Part shown: positions 50,096 to 63,850 of the stretch, in pieces
Layout of the letters: each line of letters begins with the position of its first letter
Numbering within the stretch: the stretch's first letter is position 1
Assembly (NCBI RefSeq): GCF_006345805.1
Contig: NC_043014.1
Span: forward strand, 33,852,001-33,916,000
DNA: 64,000 nucleotides
Direction of reading: 5' to 3'
Origin: Octopus sinensis
Lineage: Eukaryota
Position numbers and translations under genes: made by a program
Notes under the pieces: model-generated
Seen by the model: the letters and a program-made list of their open reading frames with translations, nothing else
Databases searched by the model: none
Told to the model about the DNA's origin: nothing

Positions 50096-50342
50096 AGGGA
50101 AATATTATCTCACTTGCAAACATTTGATGGTTGGTAATAGGACAGACACCCAGCCACAGAATATCTACTGTCATAAGAAATTCTGTCTGACCCAAGCAAG
50201 CGTGAAAAGTGGACATTAAAATGATGACAACAATGATGATGATGATGATATATAATGTATATATGTGACAGGATGCTGGAAAGTTTCTAGCTTTGTGTAA
50301 AAGAAAATAAAGGAGAGTCAGTTAATTAAGATTTTATTCAAC

Positions 50343-50741
50343 ACTAGCAGTATCGCCCGGCGTTGCTCGGGTTTGTAATGGAAATAACTATATAAGCATT
50401 TTTAGAGAGTTATAGCAAAAAAAATAGCAAAAAAATGCATTAAAAATGGAAAAAAAATTATGGTAAATTTTTTTTAAATCGTTGACTCATCGTAGACATT
50501 TTTAGAGAGTTACTTCCCTTATATAATAGCGAAAAAATGTTTTAAAATGGAAAAAAATGATGGTAAATTTTTTTTTAAATCGTAGACTCATCGTAGACGC
50601 GCGCTAATACCCAGAAGGGCTCGATATGAATCACAACTATAAGATAACCGGTTTTGGTTAACTGCACCGCAAAATGTGGGAGTAGTTAGGAATCTAAATC
50701 GTAGGAGACAGACACACAACCTCTCTTTTATATATAAAGAT
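50343..50741 (+). mobile_element. Non-autonomous Helitron/Helentron-like element
   Basis: It starts ACTAGCAGTATCGCCCGGCGTTGCTCGGG and ends ttttatatataaagat, like Lep1/HINE-type termini. It has an internal ~100-bp tandem duplication. Confidence 0.6.
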
Positions 50742-50893
50742 ATTCTCCTCTCAGATTTACACACTTATTGCAGCAGTCATTCAGTTTTGCTAAGCTATGT
50801 GAAAGAACTTGGAAGGTTGGGCTTTGAACCAGGCCTTTCATGATACCCTTAAAGCCAGAACTTTTAGCTCTCCCTTGTGTGTGTGTGTGTGTG

Positions 50894-50925
<32 letters not shown>

Positions 50926-50989
50926 GTGTGCGTGCGTGTGTGTGTATGTGTGTGTGTGTGTGTGTGTGCATGTATGTGTGTGTGTGTGT

Positions 50990-51215
50990 GTGTTTGTGCG
51001 CCTGTGTTTGTGTGTCTGTGTTTGTTCCCCCCCAACATCGCTTGACAACCAATGCTGGCATGTTTACATCCCTGTAACTTAGCGGTTCAGCAAAAGGGAC
51101 CAATAGAATAAGTACTAGGCTCACAAAGAATAAATCCTGGGGTCAATTTGCTCGACTAAATGCAGTGCTCCAGCATGGCCGCAGTCAAATGACTGAAACA
51201 AGTAAAAGAGTAAAA
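50990..51215 (+). mobile_element. SINE family 2, 3' half
   Basis: The tail ends about 65 bp from the exon donor at 51280. Confidence 0.9.
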
Positions 51216-51280
51216 CATGTAGAATATTTGCACCAGATATGGTCGGTTTAAACGCTAAAGTGTTAATGATTTATACAAAC

Positions 51281-51374
51281 CTGATCCTTTCTTGATAATG
51301 TGATCGCAGCTTACGAAGGTACTGCAATAAGGGGTCTGAAGGGAAGTCAGCTTCATCAGAATTATACATGTCAT
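51281..51374 (-). CDS. Internal exon (94 nt): (D)DMYNSDEADFPSDPLLQYLRKLRSHYQERI(R)
   Basis: Acceptor ttaaactctcag| and donor AG|gtttgt. The frame is open, and phases 1 and 2 match both neighbouring exons. Confidence 0.8.
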
Positions 51375-53528
51375 CTGAGAGTTTAAATAAATTAATTTAA
51401 TTCATTGATTAATTAATAAAATATAAAAAAATTTTTAAATGGCAAAAAACACAAAAATGGAAAATATAAACATAGAATTAACATTGCTTTCTTTTTAGGG
51501 GGAAGTGAGAGGCTGAGAGGCACAAGGAACATATTTTTAAGAAAGCAGAGAAGTGAGATGTTGTGAGGTTTACACTTTGACCAAGGTTAGTCAAATGAAG
51601 CGGCTTCAACCAATTTGACAGGAATCACCATCAGGCACTTCAGGCTCCATATGACCAAAAACAATAATAATATAGTCACAAGGCCAGCAATTTCGGACAA
51701 GGATTTAGTTTGTTATATTGATCCTAATACTCGACTGGGATTTTAATATATTAACTCTTAAAAAGCTGGCATGCTGGCGAAATCATTAACAAGTTAGGTA
51801 AAACGCTTAGTGGCATTTCATCTGTCTTTACATTCTGGGTTCAAATGCCTCTGGTGTTGACTTTGCCTTTCATCCTTTTAGTGTTGATAGAATAAGCACC
51901 AGTTGAACACTGGGATTGATGTAATCAACTTACTCCATCCCCTAAATTTGCTGGCCTTGTGTCAAAAGTTGAAACCAATATATTAACTCATAGAAGGATG
52001 AATTAGGGGGATTTGAACTCACAATGTAATATGATGGGTACTTTACTGATTCTGCCAAAAATCACCCCAGTACTTGACTAATACTTTATCTTAGCAACCA
52101 TGGAAACATTAAAGCCAAAGCTGTCTTCAGTAGTGTTTGAACACAGGATATAAAGAGCTGGAACAAATAATACAAGGGATTTTGTTCTATACTCTAATGA
52201 TAGGTACAGGTGCGACTTTGTGGATAAGAAGCTTGCTTCCAAACCATGTAGTCTTGAGTTCAATTCCACCATGTGGCATTTTGGACAAGTGTCTTCAACT
52301 ATAGCCATGGGCTGACCAAAGCCTTGTGAGTGAATCTCGTAGATAAAAAACAAAAAAGCCTGCCATACTTGTGTGTGTGTGCGTGTATTTGTGAGTGTGT
52401 GTATCTATGTGTGCATGTCTATGTGTTTGTGATGTATTTGTCACTCACTAGTGCTTGACAACTGGTGTTGGTTTGTTTATGTCCTTCTATCTTAGCATTT
52501 CAGTAAAAGAGAATGATAGAGTAAGTATTACACTTTATCATATAAAAATATAAGTACTGGAGTTTATTTGCTCAACTACACCGTTCAAAGCAGTGCCTCA
52601 CCATGGCTGCAGTCCAATGACTGAAACAAGTAACATATAACACCAAAAGATATAAAATAATGATTTCTGACACAGACATAAGGCCATGAATTTGAGAGGA
52701 AGGGTCAGTCCTGCTACAGCAACTTCCTTTTATCAACCTTAAAATGATGAAAGACAAAGTTGGACCTGGTGAAATTTGACTATAAAAAAATGTAATTAAA
52801 TACCACAAAACATTTTGCTAACTACTCTACCATTCACTGCTACAACAACAACAACAACAACAATAATAATTAATAATATTAATTTGTAATGTAAACACAA
52901 GGCCTCAAATTTAGGAAGGAGAACTTTAGTCAATTACATTGACCAAATTATTTGACTGGTAAATGTATCAACCACAAAAGGTGGGAGTTGCATAGAGTAA
53001 AATATATTAATCCCTGTACTCAAGTGACGCTATTTTATTAACCCCACCAGTGAGGGGTGAATAGTTAAATACACTGGACTGATACTTATTTTACTCAACT
53101 CAGGAAGGATGAAAGGGAAAAAAAAATCAACCTTGTCTAAACTTGAACTCAGAACTTATGTTCTTTTCTACTCTAGGTACAAAGCCCGAAATTTTTGGGA
53201 AGGCAGTCAGTTGATTAGATCGACCCCAGTATGCAACTGGTACTTAATTTATTGACCCTGAAAGGATGAAAGGCAAAGTCGTCCTCGGCAGAATTTGAAC
53301 TCAGAATGTAAAGACAGATGAAATACCACTAAGCATTTCGCCTGGCATGCTACATTTCTGCCAGCTCATCACCTTACTCACAATTTATATTAAAATAACT
53401 ATGACCACAAAATATCAGACACTGTATTTGTCATCCATTGCCCCAAAGATTGTAGGAACCCTGAACTCTGCTTTGCCCTACCATAAATCACAGTACAAGA
53501 AACAGGTTTCAAACTAAACAAATCTTAC

Positions 53529-53613
53529 CAAATAAATCTGGCATTGGTGCGTGAACATCTTCACTGGGAATGGATCCTGCAACTGGCACAAGAGGAATGG
53601 CCCTTGAATGATC
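53529..53613 (-). CDS. Internal exon (85 nt): DHSRAIPLVPVAGSIPSEDVHAPMPDLF(D)
   Basis: Acceptor catttgcag| and donor G|gtaaga. It ends in phase 1, and G+AT gives Asp with the next exon. Confidence 0.8.
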
Positions 53614-54324
53614 CTGCAAATGTTTCGTCATTAAAGAATTAATGATTGAATTTGATGATGAAGATGAAGATGATGATGATGATGATGATTGAAGAGCATG
53701 CTTATTCTGGTAATGATAATGTTAATGATAGTATTAAAGATGTTTTTTTCTTAATCAATTTTATTACCTGAATGTATCTGTACAAATGAAACCAACACTG
53801 CCAGTACTACTGCTAAACACGCATATAAACATCTTAGACAACATCCAATCAAAAGCTATCTGTTTACAGCTGGTTCACAAACACGCAGTTTCTTCTCTCT
53901 ACAGACATGTTCTCAAAGAATATTGGAAATGAATGACATTGCTTGTATGACAGTGGAGAGATCATTCCCAACTATCATGCGACATCAAGACAAGAAGACA
54001 CAAAGATATACATACTCAGACACACATGAACGCACACACGCGCACACGCACACACACACACACATACACACACACACACACACAATTTCCATCTACCAGC
54101 TCCACTCACAAAGTATTGGTCAGCCTGGGACCTTAGTAGAAGACAGCCTGAAGCTGTGTGGCAACGAGGTAAACTTCTTAACCACACGACCACATTCTGT
54201 TGGTATTTAGCCCCAGGTCAACCCAGGTCACAATTATTCCAGCTATGATCATCCTGTCCTTTTGTATATCAGAAACTACATTGTCTGTCCAATGTATTGT
54301 CCATTATTAAAAATGGTATCTCTC

Positions 54325-54540
54325 TCTCTTTTACTCTTTTACTTGTTTCAATCATTTGATTGCGGCCATGCTGGAGCACCACCTTTAGTCGAGCAAGTCG
54401 ACCCCGGGACTTATTCTTTGTAAGCCCAGTACTTATTCTATCAGTCTCTTTTCCCGAACCACTAAGTGACGGGGACGTAAACACACCAGCATCGGTTGTC
54501 AAGCACTGCTAGGGGGACAAACACAGACATACAAACATAT

Positions 54541-54571
<31 letters not shown>

Positions 54572-54735
54572 CATATATACGACAGGCTTCTTTCAGTTTC
54601 CATCAACCAAATCCACTCACAAGGCATTGGTCGGCCCGGGGCTATAGCAGAAGACACTTGCCCAAGATGCCATGCAGTGGGACTGAACCCGGAACCATGT
54701 TGTTGGTAAGCAAGTTACTTACCACACAGCCACTA
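54325..54735 (-). mobile_element. SINE family 2, full length
   Basis: Further copies lie at 52200-52635 (+), 55620-56085 (-), 60830-60965 (+ head), 60970-61270 (-), 62790-62975 (-) and 63015-63525 (-). Confidence 0.9.
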
Positions 54736-55180
54736 GTGCTGTTTGAAGGAGACTCAGCTGCTATTTCTATCAAGTGAAACGACTGCATAAAGACTCCTTT
54801 ATTAGCTTGAAAATAGAATGTTAGCATGAATGGAGCAGAGCAGAGCAGAGCAGAGCAGAGCAGAGCAGTGCAGTACATTTTGACTTCTGCTGTATGAGGG
54901 AGGTATTACTTTTCTGACCCCAGAGAAATTGAGTTGTCTCACCGAAATGAGCCGACAGCAATTATTGCTTAATTAGAATTACGCTAAGAAGGGAATAATT
55001 AATATTTCAACATATTTTTTTTTCGTTTCATTCTTCAGATTAGATTATTATTTTTGACAAGTTACATGTTCAGTATATTTCTAATAAACTAGCTGCAACT
55101 ACACCATGTTGCCTTGGTACATATAAATCTGAAACAAATTACACCAGCGATTATAAAATACTTCGGTATCCCACCCTCAC

Positions 55181-55224
<44 letters not shown>

Positions 55225-56820
55225 GCAATTCCAACTTCCCCCGCTGAATCCAAGTTCTTTTATGATTATAGAAAAACCTGTGTGACATCTGCTGGTGTAT
55301 TTAAGATGAAATGAAATACCAAAGCTCTGGTTATAATGCTTCTCTATTAAACAATATTCCCAGTTAATCCTAGATTAGCAGTTTATACGTGCAGGCTATT
55401 CTCAGTGCCTATTGTTGTACAACCCACGTATAGCTGACCATGAGGGCAACAGGCTATTTTGAAGTTCACTGTGTTTCCTGACATATAAGATGCACCATCA
55501 CATAAGATGCAAACCCAACTTTACAAGTATATTTTGTGGACAAAAACAAATTTAACAGATTTCCTTATATACACTTGGGATCCTACCTGTAATACAGTCG
55601 CATAAGCGGCATCTTTCATTTTTTACTTGTTTCAGTCATTAGACTGTGGCCATGCTGGGGCACTGCCTTGAAGAATTTTTAGCCAAATGAATCAACCCAG
55701 TACTTATTTTTCTTAAACTTGCTACTTAAGCTATCAGTGTCTTTTGTCGAACCACTAAGTTATGAGGACATAAATATACCAACACCAGTTGTCAAGCAGT
55801 GAGTGGTGGGGGACAAACACAGACTCAAAACACACACACACACACACATACATGCACGCACACACACACATGTGCATGCACACACACACACATGTGCATG
55901 CACACACACACACACACATACAATGGTCTTCTTTCAGTTTTCGTTTACCAAATCCATTCACAATACATGGGGCGGCCCAAGGCAATAGTTGAAGACACTA
56001 GCCCAAGGTGCCATTCAGTGGGACTGAACCCAAAACCATGTGGTTGGGAAGCAAGTTTCTTGCTACATAGCCACATCTGCGTAACAATTTTTGGTTACAT
56101 TAAAGAATAAAAGAAGCATGTCTTACACATCAGCATAGAGACTGGCCAATCAAATCTTTTGAATTAGAAGACAAAATACGAGGGACCTGCCCCACACTCA
56201 TTTCCAGGTCCTTTATCACTGCTACACCTGGAAGTTCTTCATACACTTCCTAGGCCTTGGTTTTAACCCTTCTTTCAGTGTTCCTAACTATTACACTCTA
56301 TAATGACCCTTTCTTAAATCATTCCTCAAGACTTTTATCTTTAGTTCCTGATTCTTAACCAAGACATTCACAGATTTAATTTGTAAAATTTTTGTTGAGG
56401 AACTTTTCCATTTGGCACCATTTGTCTTTCAGGAACTTTTACATATATTTTCATTCTTAGCATTGTAGACCTGCATAATCATCATCATCATATACTGTCC
56501 ATGTTCCATGCTGGCATGAGTTGGATGGTTTGACAGGATTCAATGGTCCAAGGACTGACTACATCATGATCCACAATATATTTTAACATGGTTTCTACAA
56601 CTGGATGCCTTTCCTAATGCCAACCACTTCACAGCATATACAGGGTGCTTTTTGTGTCACTAGAACTAGAACAACGTGAAATAAAGTTTCTTGCTCAAGG
56701 ACACATAATGCCATCAGGAACTGAACCCACAACCTTCACTACTAATATAATTATTACTCTCTCTCACACACACACACTTTATACATTACAATGTTAATAT
56801 ATATATATATATATATATAA

Positions 56821-57882
56821 ATTAAGGAGGAGAGAAAACAAATTCAAAGGTCGATGTATATATTCATTCAATCCATATTAATGAAATTTTCCATGGTATA
56901 CAAAATACATACATAGATGCATTCATCTATATGATATATAAAAAATTTCTAAGAATTTATAAATACATACATATAGATGAAAATTTATAAATATAGAAAT
57001 TCATAAATATATAAAAATATAAGTCTATAAATATACTTGTGAAGAATTCAGTCTGAATTGGTCTATAATAAATATAATATATAGTACATACCATATAATA
57101 CACACACGAAGAATTGCGATCCACATAATCCGAGCCACCAAAAATAATTTACTTAATAAGATATCTGATGTTATAATTACCTGTAGACACAAATATCTTT
57201 CAACATTTAAATTTTTCAAAAATAATTAAACTATAGGATTCTAATTTAGCCTTACTTCATATTATGGACTCTTCTAAAACTTTATATTATATATAGTGTC
57301 GTAATATACTTTATATTATATATACTGTTGTAATATACTTTATATCATATATAGTGTCGTAATATATTTTAGTCTTTTAACATCATATGCCGGAAGAGAA
57401 TGGTCCGATCAAACATTCGATCTTTAATAAATCATTTAACCCACCTTCTTTTAAAGTTTTAACCTTGTGGTTCTATTAACTCTGATGAGAGAAATATAGA
57501 ATATTACTATGGTTGGAGTTAGCTCACCCTTAGCAACCTATAACTTTTCGAAACAGCCATGAGACTTTATACATGATTATACATGCTCCAAATCCCTTAT
57601 GAATCATTTTACAGTCACTTTTCATCCTCTTCATTGGTTCAGATTCGAACATTCAGACTTCGCAAGTACATTTATGGACTTATATTTTTATATATTTATA
57701 TTTATGAATTTTTATCTGTTTATAAATTTTCATATGTCTATGAATTTTTATATATTTATAAATTTTCGTGTATATGTATGTATTTGTAAATTCTTAGAAA
57801 TTTTTCATATATCATATAGATGAATGCATCTATGTATGTATTTTGTATACCATGGAAAATTTCATTAATATGGATTGAATGA

Positions 57883-57921
<39 letters not shown>

Positions 57922-57952
57922 CCTTTGAATTTGTTTTCTCTCCTCCTAAATT
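56821..57952. mobile_element. Long inverted-repeat element (arms 56821-57044 and 57658-57952, ~610-bp spacer)
   Basis: aggaggagagaaaacaaattcaaaggtc..ccatattaatgaaattttccatggtatacaaaatacatac is mirrored in the right arm, which has extra TA/GA tracts. Confidence 0.85.
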
Positions 57953-58063
57953 CTATATTCCTGAAGATCTTTCATAGCATTAATCGGTTGAGCTGTATAA
58001 AGTGGATATCTATATCGCTTATTTCTTCATTGTTCTCTCTTTCTCTCTCTCACTCTCTACATG

Positions 58064-58143
<80 letters not shown>

Positions 58144-58390
58144 TGATAACAATGAGTTGAAAAATGAATGGCTTTCACTGTGTTATTGATTTTTAATCCA
58201 AGACTAGTACTGATTCTGAAGACATATGATCAAAGGAAATCAAACCTTGATTAACCATCCAGTATTTTTAGAAGTATCAAGAACAAAACTAGATCATTAA
58301 TGCTTATAGTGACATGACCATAATACAATATAATTTAATGGTTACAGTGAATAGTATTATACTAATAAATAGTTACTATTACATAATTAA

Positions 58391-59273
58391 CCCTTTTGAT
58401 ACCAACCCACCAGAGACTGTCCCCAGCTCTGTAGTACAACCATCTTGGTTTCAAAAAATCTGAATTTAACCCTTTCGTTACTGTCTTTATTTTGAGATGC
58501 TCTGTGTTTCTTTCAATTACTTTAAATATAACAAAGAATTTAGTAAATTAACTTAGTTATCATTGTTAGGAACATAAATTGTGACTAAAGTTTGGTGGAA
58601 GATTTTAATTCAGAACTTATGTAAACAAGATAGTAATACACAGAACCAGAGCCAGTTTCAGCCGAGTTGGTATCAAAAGGGTTAAATCTTCCACTAAAAC
58701 TTAGTCTTAATCCATTATCATTTAAACCAGCTATTTCCAGCCCCAAATATTCTACCTGTTTGATATTCAAACTGGCAAAATCCAGCCTCTCACACCTTCA
58801 ATGTCATTCTAAACATAAACAGTCATACCATCAAAATTTCAAACCTACAAGATAACACATGATTAATTCAAGATGACATGCATAACTAAGCATTGCATTT
58901 GACTGAGTATTCTGAACACTAAAGAGTTAATTTATGTTCCTAACACTTGCTTAACCCTTTCGTTACCAACCCAGCTGAAACCGGCTCTGGCTCTGTAGTA
59001 CAAATGTCTTGTTTTTATAAGTTTTGTATTAAAATCTTTCACCAAACCTTAGTCACAATTAATGTTCCTAACATTAGCTTAATGATAACTAAGTTATTTT
59101 ACTAAATTCTTTGTTATATCTAAAATAATTGAGAGAAACACAGAGCATCTCAAAATAAATACAGTAATGAAAGGGTTAATAATAACAAAGTTATTTCCCT
59201 AAATTCTTTCTTCTATTTAAAATCAATTGAAATAAACACCAAGTATCTCAATAGAAATATGGTAACAAAAGGG
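58391..59273. mobile_element. Cluster of TTAA-CCCTTT...AAAGGG-TTAA MITEs
   Basis: Termini lie at 58391, 58470-58681, ~58926, 58955-59175 and 59273. The segments 58470-58681 and 58955-59175 are inverted copies. Confidence 0.8.
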
Positions 59274-60295
59274 TTAATAATTACAGCGATTGGAAGCACT
59301 AAGCAGTGATGTATACAAATATGTATACAAATACTAATTCAAGTATGCTTGGAACATATTCAAACTCACAAGAAAGCCATACATCAACCCCAGTTCGCTA
59401 CTAGTACTTATTTTATTGACCACCAAAAAGACAAAAGGCAAAAAAAGCCGACCCCAGCAGCATTTGAACCCAGAACATAAGGATGGATGAAATGCTAAGC
59501 ATTTTGCTCAGTGTGCTAATGATTCTGCCAGCTTGCTGCCTTACCGTTATGAATAATTAACAGTTACACTTACTCTATCACCATTACACAACTAATGGTT
59601 ATGGTGACTCTGCCACTATAACATAATTAATGGTTATAACATAATTAATGGTTCTCATGTAATTAATGGTTGCAGTGGCTTTGCCACAACGACATAACTA
59701 TTTTAGATGCAACAAACCACAATTGCAGATCAAATCACTAAGCTAAACAAGTACTACTCAAGAATTACTTGCTCAAGAATTTTATAAATAGTTTTACTAT
59801 AAATCAACTTAAATCAGTGTTCCTCATCATCATAAAATACCAAGTCAGCTTCTTTAGTTTCACATTAAATATGTTTTAAAGAGAAAAATCTGGCTGTCAA
59901 TCAAAGAACATGTGTGAGCAGTTGTTATATTTTAGGTGGCTTTACGTCGATTTAGGGGTATTTAAAATACATTTTTGGATGAAAAAATATTTAGTGAGAA
60001 TAATTATTTTCACACTAGCATACTATTATTTCAATTTCTACTTGGTTTCAATTTTGGGACTATGGCCATTCTGGGGCACTGATTTGAAGGATATTTTTGT
60101 TTTAGTAACTGCTTTTCCTCTGTCTTTTCTTCTGGTATTCATTTTATTGATTCCTATTTACTATATGGTTCAGTTTACCAAAGTTGGATGAATTTAAAGA
60201 GTCCCCTCACTTTATGGACTTGATTTTCCAAAAATCTAAAAGGTTAACATCTGTAGCCCTTATGCCTATAGTTTATTGTATAACATATTCAGGTT

Positions 60296-60626
60296 GTGAA
60301 GGTGCATGGCTCAGTGGTTAGAGTGTCGGGCTTACGGTCGTGAGGTTGTGAGTTCGATTCCTGGACCGGGCTGTGTGTTGTGTTCTTGAGCAAGACACTT
60401 TATTTCATGTTGCTCCAGTTAGCTGTAGAAATGAGTTGCGACGTAACAGGTGCTAAGCTGTATCGGCCGTTGCCTTTCCCTTGGATAACATCAGTGGTGT
60501 GGATTGGGGAGGCTGGTATGTATGAGCGACTGCTGGCCTTCCATAAACAACCTTGTCCAGACTTGTGCCTCGGAGGTTAGGGTTTCCAGGTGCAATCCTA
60601 TGGTCATTCATGACCAAAAGGGGTCT
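60296..60626 (+). mobile_element. tRNA-derived SINE, family 4
   Basis: Matches 48135-48470. Confidence 0.9.
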
Positions 60627-61184
60627 CCCATAACATATTCAGGAGCATTATATATATATTTACCAAATATTTCAAAAGTAAAAAAAATTTGTCTTTGTAA
60701 TTTGGAATTATATCCTGACCCACTTTAGGTCATGACCAATGGCTTGGGAACCACTGAGATAGAGTACAAGAGGAAATATTGCTAACATATTACAACATAA
60801 CTTAATCATCCACTGTTTATAGAAATGTATAGGTGCAGGTATGGTTGTGTGGTAAGAAGCTTGCTTCCCAAACGCATGGTTCTGGGTTCAATCCCACTGT
60901 GAAGCAACTTGAGCAAGTGTCTTCTGCTATAACCCCAGGCAGACCAAAGCCTTGTGAGTGGATATACTCTTTTACTCTTTACTCTTTTACTTGTTTCAGT
61001 AATTTGATTGCAGCCATGATGGAGCACTGCATTTAGTCAAGCAAATCGACCCCAGAACTTATTCTTTGTAAGCCTAGTACTTACTCTATCAGTCTCTTTT
61101 GCCGTACCACTAAGTTACGGGGACGTAAACATACCAACATCGGTTGTCAAGTGATGTTGGAGGGACAAACACAGACACACAAAC

Positions 61185-61215
<31 letters not shown>

Positions 61216-63233
61216 CATATATACGACAGGCTTCTTTCAGTTTCCATCTACCAAATCCACTCACAAGGCATTTAGCTAAAATGATGATGTGGAGAAGGGT
61301 AGTGGTAGTGGTGATGGTGAGGATGAGGATGATGTTTATGATGATAATGGTGAAGAGAAGGAACATGGTCATGATAATGATAATGGTAATGATAATGTTG
61401 ATTCTTCTCACTGAATGAGAGAGAGGGGGGAGAGGGAGAAAGAGAGGGAAAGCAAGAGGACAGAAAGAAAGGGAGAGTGGGAGGGCAGAAAGAGAGAGAG
61501 GCAGAGAAGCAGAGACAGAAAGAGAGAGAGATGCAGCAGCTAATCTACAGCAATTGCAATCAACATTTCAGGAAGATTGCAGCAAGGAGAGATCAGTGAA
61601 AGAAGTGGGGTCGCAGTTTTATTCCTGATTAATTATTCCAGGACAGAGGCAGGAGAAGGGGTGATAAAAAAAATAAAAACAAAATAACAAAACAAGGAGA
61701 TTAAGTGAAAACAGATCCCATAACAAAGGGAATTGAATTTTATTCCAATTTTAAGCCTTTTTTCTTTTAAATACCCATATTTACCCTCTTCTAGGTCTTG
61801 TAACAAAACAGTTGGTAGGTATTGAAGCTTAATTTAGGGTGATTAAAAGAATTTTTTTAATATACAGAGGAAGAGGGAGTAACTTGTGTTTTTTAATTAT
61901 GCATTTCATCATCATCATCATCATCAGTGATTGAACTTCTACTTTTCAATGCCTGCATAGGTCAGGTGGAATTTGTTGAATAGATTCTCAATGGCCAGAT
62001 TGTCTGTCACCTGTTTCCAAGCAAGTTTAATATTCCCCCATGGCCAGACATTGTTTTTAACAGAAGACTAGCTTAAGGTGACCCGCTCTACGCGCGGGTA
62101 AGAGTGTGGTATATATATATATAAATGTATACAAATTATATATATATATATAAATACAGATATATACACTTTGTATATATACATTATATATACATATTTA
62201 TATATAGAACACACACATATAAATTAACCCAATAAATATCTGATTCATAATATTTATTCTCATGATTGTGTGGTGGTGGTGGCGATGATAATTCTCTCTA
62301 TGAATGCAGACAGACGTAGAGAGAGAGTGTGTGAAAGCGCTGTCGAAGGCGGTGGGGGAGGATATAGGACGCTGTGAAACGACGTTATAGAGAGAAAGTG
62401 AAGGGAATGGAGGTAGACGCTGTGAAACGACGTTATAGAGAGAAAGTGAAGGGAAGGGAGGAAAGAGAGAGAAACGGAGAAAGACAGATACATAAAAGAA
62501 TGAGAGGAGACTTGTCAAAGTGTGCGTTTTTTGCCCTAGTAGCCACACCTTTTAAGATAGGGATTTCTAACCTAGCCAACTCTCATCTTCACCTCATTTT
62601 ACATATCCCTGTAAATTTTGGAGTCAATCCGACAGGATCTAGTGGCCTTTAACCCGTTCCAATGCCAAAACCAGACAAACAAACTATTTGCATTTCAGAT
62701 TTATAGATATTGATTGGAAACAATTAACATTGCTTGCATGACAGAATACTTGCTTACAAACATCATGTGATATCAAGTTAAGGGTACACATCAACACACA
62801 CACACACAACAGGTTTCTGTTAGTTACTGTCCACCACATTCACTCACAGGGCTTTAGTCAGCCTTGGACAACAAATAATAGAAGATACTTTCCCAAGGTG
62901 TCACACTGTGGGACTGAACCCAGAACCACATGATTCAGAAATAAGCTTCTTAACTACACAGTCATATCTGCATTTATGCTTTTAACTTTATTTGTTTATC
63001 TTTTCTATTCTTTTATCCTTTTACTTGTTTCAGTCACTTGACTGTGGCCAGGTTGGAGCACCACCTTGAAGGGTTTTAGTCAAACAAATTGACTCCAGGA
63101 CTTATTTCATAAGTCTATTGATCTGTTTTGCCCAACCACTAAGTTATGGAGGCCTAAATACACCAACACCAGTTGTCAAGTGGTGACAGGGGGGCAAACA
63201 CAGACACAAAGACAAACAAACATAGATGTATAC

Positions 63234-63291
<58 letters not shown>

Positions 63292-63302
63292 AATATATAT
63301 AT

Positions 63303-63350
<48 letters not shown>

Positions 63351-63359
63351 TATATATAT

Positions 63360-63390
<31 letters not shown>

Positions 63391-63589
63391 GGCTTCTTTC
63401 AGTTTCCCTTTACCAAATCCACTCACGAGGTGTTGGTTGGCCCAAGGCTATAGTAGAAGGTGCCAAACAGTGGGATTGAACTTGAACCCATGTGGTTGAG
63501 AAGCAAGCTTCTTACCACACAGCCACATCTTTATTTTTTTTATTTTTGCTATTTATTGATGACCTAACTAACATTGCTGAATCTATTCA

Positions 63590-63850
63590 AGAATTAGAGA
63601 AATAATTCCACAAATAGAAGCAAAGTTTAGACTTGAGGGATTTTAAAGTAAACCTACCAAAATCAAAAGTTTTCTTTAGCAGAATAAAGGACAAGGCTCT
63701 AGTGCCATCAGAAAGATGGGCATGCTCAGTATGTAGAGAAGAAGTTGGTAGGATTCCATATAGTGTACCCAGAGTAAACTATGGATGCATAAGATGTTGT
63801 AGTGGAAAAACAGAATGGCTTTACATATCACAGATTACAGGAAGGAAAGT
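63590..63850 (+). mobile_element. Degraded RTE fragment
   Basis: FKVNLPKSKVF..PSERWACSVCREEVGR is homologous to LRINVAKTKVL..PSGRWPCSTCRKGTGR in the RTE at 48.8 kb. Confidence 0.7.

Noticed and set aside
55055-55129. Extra minus-strand exon after the acceptor-like aatttgtttcag
   Set aside because: All three frames hit stops before a usable donor, and it is not compatible with the phase-0 start of the 53613 exon.
57476-57565. Complete hammerhead ribozyme
   Set aside because: CTGATGA and GAAAC bracket a foldable stem II, but there is no NUH triplet or stem I partner.
60211-60235. 25-nt microexon FLENQVHK upstream of the gene
   Set aside because: The phase would fit, but the splice context is weak and such a match is expected by chance. 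It needs RNA evidence.
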